DNA from: Longimicrobiales bacterium
GTDB taxonomy: Bacteria > Gemmatimonadota > Gemmatimonadetes > Longimicrobiales > Gaopeijiaceae
Length of the DNA: 64,000 nucleotides
Assembly: GCA_965219445.1 (NCBI GenBank)
Contig: CBDCNQ010000002.1
Coordinates: 320,001 to 384,000, forward strand
Reading direction: 5' to 3'
Part shown: in pieces, positions 61,532 to 64,000 of the stretch
Numbering within the stretch: the stretch's first letter is position 1
Layout: each line of letters begins with the position of its first letter
Made by a program: the position numbers and the translations under genes
Notes under the pieces: model-generated
The model's input: only the letters and a program-made list of their open reading frames with translations
What the model was told of the DNA's origin: nothing
The model's database searches: none

Positions 61532-62539
61532 TTAGAGAGCAATCTCCTGTGTCGTGAGGGATGGGGTGGGAGGATTGATCCAGACGGCCTCCGGGAGTGG
61601 TTTAGGCTTCGGCTCACCGGAGACGAAGCGCTCGGGATGAGCGGCCCATGCCTCACGGAGCACGGCCTTCCTGCAGGCGATGATCCGATCGGCGTGACCG
61701 AAGTGGACCTGTTCGGGGGTCAGCATCGAGATGCCGCCATGGCGGTGCTCGGCATTATACCAACGGAAGAACGAGCGACAGAAGGTCTTGGCTTGCCCCT
61801 GATCCCCGAACCGGCCGGGAAACGAGGGATGGTACTTCAAGGTCTTGAACTGAGCCTCGGAGAACGGATTGTCATCCGAGACCTGGGGTCGGCCCAACGA
61901 GCGGGTCACGCCGAGATCGGCGAGTAGTTGAGCCGTGCATTGGCTCGTCATCGGAGCCCCTCGATCGGAATGCAGGGTCAGGAGGTGGGGCTGGACGCCA
62001 TGCTTCAAGCAACTCTGCTGGATCAGCCGGCTGGCCAGGGCAGAGTTCTCCCGATCCGCCACCATCCATCCCACGACGTAGCGGCTGAAGATGTCCAGGA
62101 TCACGTAGAGGTAGAAGTAACTCCACTTCTTCGGCCCCAGCAGCCGGGTGATATCCCAGGACCAGACCTGGTTCGGGCCCCTCGCCATCAACTCGGGCTT
62201 CTGGTATTTGGGATGACTCCGCTGCGCTCGACGCTCCTGAACCGGCACCTGGGAAGCCAGAACGCGATACATCGTACGCTCGCTGCACAGGTAGACGTCC
62301 TCGTCGAGCAGCGTCGCCACCACCTCGGCTGGGGACCGGTCCACGAACCGCTCCGAACACAGGGTGTCGAAAATCTTGTCCCGCTCCCTCTCACTTAAGG
62401 CCCGGGCGGGGGTCGGGCGGGGCTGCTGATGCCCGGTCGATGCACTCCGACGACGGTAGAACGTGGCTCGCGGCACCCTGAGCGCATCGCACGCGGGCTT
62501 CACCCCTACGTGCTTGGCTAGCTCCTGGGTCGCCTTCAT
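61532..62539 (-). CDS. IS3 transposase OrfB
   Basis: WSWDIT, HSDRG, DNPFSEAQFKTLKY. Confidence 0.93.
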   Translation of the reverse strand: MKATQELAKHVGVKPACDALRVPRATFYRRRSASTGHQQPRPTPARALSERERDKIFDTLCSERFVDRSPAEVVATLLDEDVYLCSERTMYRVLASQVPVQERRAQRSHPKYQKPELMARGPNQVWSWDITRLLGPKKWSYFYLYVILDIFSRYVVGWMVADRENSALASRLIQQSCLKHGVQPHLLTLHSDRGAPMTSQCTAQLLADLGVTRSLGRPQVSDDNPFSEAQFKTLKYHPSFPGRFGDQGQAKTFCRSFFRWYNAEHRHGGISMLTPEQVHFGHADRIIACRKAVLREAWAAHPERFVSGEPKPKPLPEAVWINPPTPSLTTQEIAL

Positions 62540-62985
62540 GAGTTCGTCCCGTCCTCGAGGCTCAATCCCAGCAGCCCTGCAACTTTTCCCTGGACGTCGA
62601 TGATCAAGTGCGCCTTCTGGAGCTCCTTCTCGAGGCGAGTGTTCTCGCGCTCCAGCTTGCGCACCTTCTCCTCCAGCGGATTGCGCTCGCGCTTACGGCC
62701 TCGTTTCTTCGACAGCGCTTTCAGGGACCCGCTATGCGCCGCCTTGCGCCATGTCGTCAGGTGCGACGAGTACAAGCCCTCCCGCCGTAGGAGTCGGCCA
62801 ACCTCTCCGGGCTCCGTGCACCGGTCCGCTTCTTCGACGATCCGCAGCTTGTACGACGGAGCGAACCGCCGGCGCAGCGGCCTATCTACCACCTCCGAGT
62901 CCGCAGGAGCTGCCGCGCTTCGCTTACCGTCCCAGGTTGGTGGGGCTATTCCATTCTCTTTCATTCTCTCTCGGTGTCTCAGCAT
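62536..62985 (-). CDS. IS3 transposase OrfA
   Basis: RRRFAPSYKLRIVEE, LLRREGLYSSHL; ATGA overlap with orfB. Confidence 0.9.
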   Translation of the reverse strand: MLRHRERMKENGIAPPTWDGKRSAAAPADSEVVDRPLRRRFAPSYKLRIVEEADRCTEPGEVGRLLRREGLYSSHLTTWRKAAHSGSLKALSKKRGRKRERNPLEEKVRKLERENTRLEKELQKAHLIIDVQGKVAGLLGLSLEDGTNS

Positions 62986-63059
62986 CCTCGGTTTCTCTGC
63001 CTTCGCCCTACTCTAATTCCTTAGCTGCTCCGTGTCTCACGTAAGTTGGCAGAGAGGGC

Positions 63060-63340
63060 TGAGTTCCACGGCTATGGGGCGATCGAAGCAGAAACCGGAT
63101 CGAAATTCTACTTCGCCGCGCCCTACCACGCTCTTGGGAAAGGGGGACCAGCGAGAACACGAACGGTCTGATTCGTCAGTACCTACCGAAGCGTACCAGC
63201 ATGGCTCACATCACCCAGCATGCTTGCAACCGCATCGCTCACAAACTCAACAACCGACCCAGGAAGCGTTTAGGCTATCGCACCCCCGAGGAATGCTATG
63301 TACAGATCTAGCTCGTGTTGCACTTCAAAGTTGATCCGAA
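63060..63340 (+). mobile_element. IS30-family 3' remnant
   Basis: EFHG...YFAAPYH, ENTNGLIRQYLPK, LNNRPRKRLGYRTP; end GTGTTGCACTTCAAAGTTGA. Confidence 0.82.
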
Positions 63341-63855
63341 GCAGCAGCCTTACCACGCCCTCTACGGCGACGTTTGGTCTGTTCCGGCCGATTGCTCTGC
63401 GGCGAGACAACGACATCGACATCACGCCCAAGAAGGTGGAGCAAGGCCAGCATCTGACCCACAGACTTCTTGGAATAGGTCGAATCCAGAAGGCGGTAGA
63501 ACTGGCTCGCAGAGGTTCCAAGGCGACGAATGAGTTCTCGCTTACTCAAGTCGGTGGACTCCACGGCCTTCTGCGCTTCCAACGTCAAGCGGTGAAGCAG
63601 GAGGTCGTTCAGATAACCCGGATCTTGATTGTACTCGAGTACGGCGTCGAGGTGGACGGTGTCCTCGCCCCCCTTGGCAAGACGATACGTGAAGCCCTCC
63701 TTGCCCAGGTCTTCATCCGGAAAAGCTTCGGTGATCCGATTCTTGGGATCCGGTTGTAGCCGGAGGAGTGCATAGGGGAAGGTGTAGGCGCCTGTACGAG
63801 TCTCGATTTCGAACGCCTTCTTACGGTTGTTTGCCCTCACGCTTTCGATCTTCAC
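63325..63855 (-). CDS. HTH-containing putative antitoxin
   Basis: LSKRELIRRLGTSASQFYRLLD HTH; GTGA overlap with the upstream small gene. Confidence 0.75.
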   Translation of the reverse strand: MKIESVRANNRKKAFEIETRTGAYTFPYALLRLQPDPKNRITEAFPDEDLGKEGFTYRLAKGGEDTVHLDAVLEYNQDPGYLNDLLLHRLTLEAQKAVESTDLSKRELIRRLGTSASQFYRLLDSTYSKKSVGQMLALLHLLGRDVDVVVSPQSNRPEQTKRRRRGRGKAAASDQL

Positions 63856-64000
63856 AGCAACCCTTCCTCGCTCAGTTCCGTGATCAGACGCAGGATCCGA
63901 TTCGTAGGCCTGCCTTTCATCGGCGCGTGGTTCTCAAGGTCCCATTTGAGAACGAGGGTGCCGTCGCGATAGACGTGAACGTGGTGGGGGCTATGGTCAC
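63852..64000 (-). CDS. DUF4160-like protein (putative toxin), partial at the window edge
   Basis: DHSPHHVHVYRDG.LVLKWDLEN...EEGLL*. Confidence 0.7.
   Translation of the reverse strand, partial: DHSPHHVHVYRDGTLVLKWDLENHAPMKGRPTNRILRLITELSEEGLL

Larger units (their letters stand above)
61499..63051 (-). mobile_element. IS3-family element, apparently intact
   Basis: IRs TGTCAACGCCAGTGAGACAC / TGCCAACTTACGTGAGACAC. Confidence 0.9.

Overview
GC-rich bacterial chromosome segment. By inference it is Gemmatimonadota-like (Ser/Thr kinase-beta-propeller family, der-plsY-gpsA-merR-surE-pcm order) and possibly host-associated (several Sel1-repeat genes). 1-12.8 kb is mostly a core block: tRNA-Gly, Sel1 protein, M23 peptidase, DUF512, der, plsY, gpsA, MerR, surE, pcm, YqaA. 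12.8-39.9 kb is a nested insertion. A PAS histidine kinase is split by an IS3 element (IRs at 13661 and 39380). The IS3 orfB is itself split by a ~24.3-kb tyrosine-integrase island flanked by the 10-bp direct repeat CTTCTACAAC. The island carries stacked remnants of mobilisable elements (4 integrase pieces, 3 oriT-mobC modules, rep-like genes), damaged defence-type genes, and housekeeping-type cargo (sucA, amidase, xth, osmC). 40-60 kb is an accessory region with kinase fragments and small secreted proteins, plus an IS256 whose terminal repeat was hit by an IS110/IS1111 element. Both IS110 copies carry a 3' non-coding region with a readable bridge-RNA architecture whose guide segments match both insertion sites and the element end. 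The window ends with a decayed integrase beside tRNA-Arg, IS481/IS3/IS30 elements and a DUF4160-type toxin-antitoxin pair. All calls were made by eye; no database searches were run.
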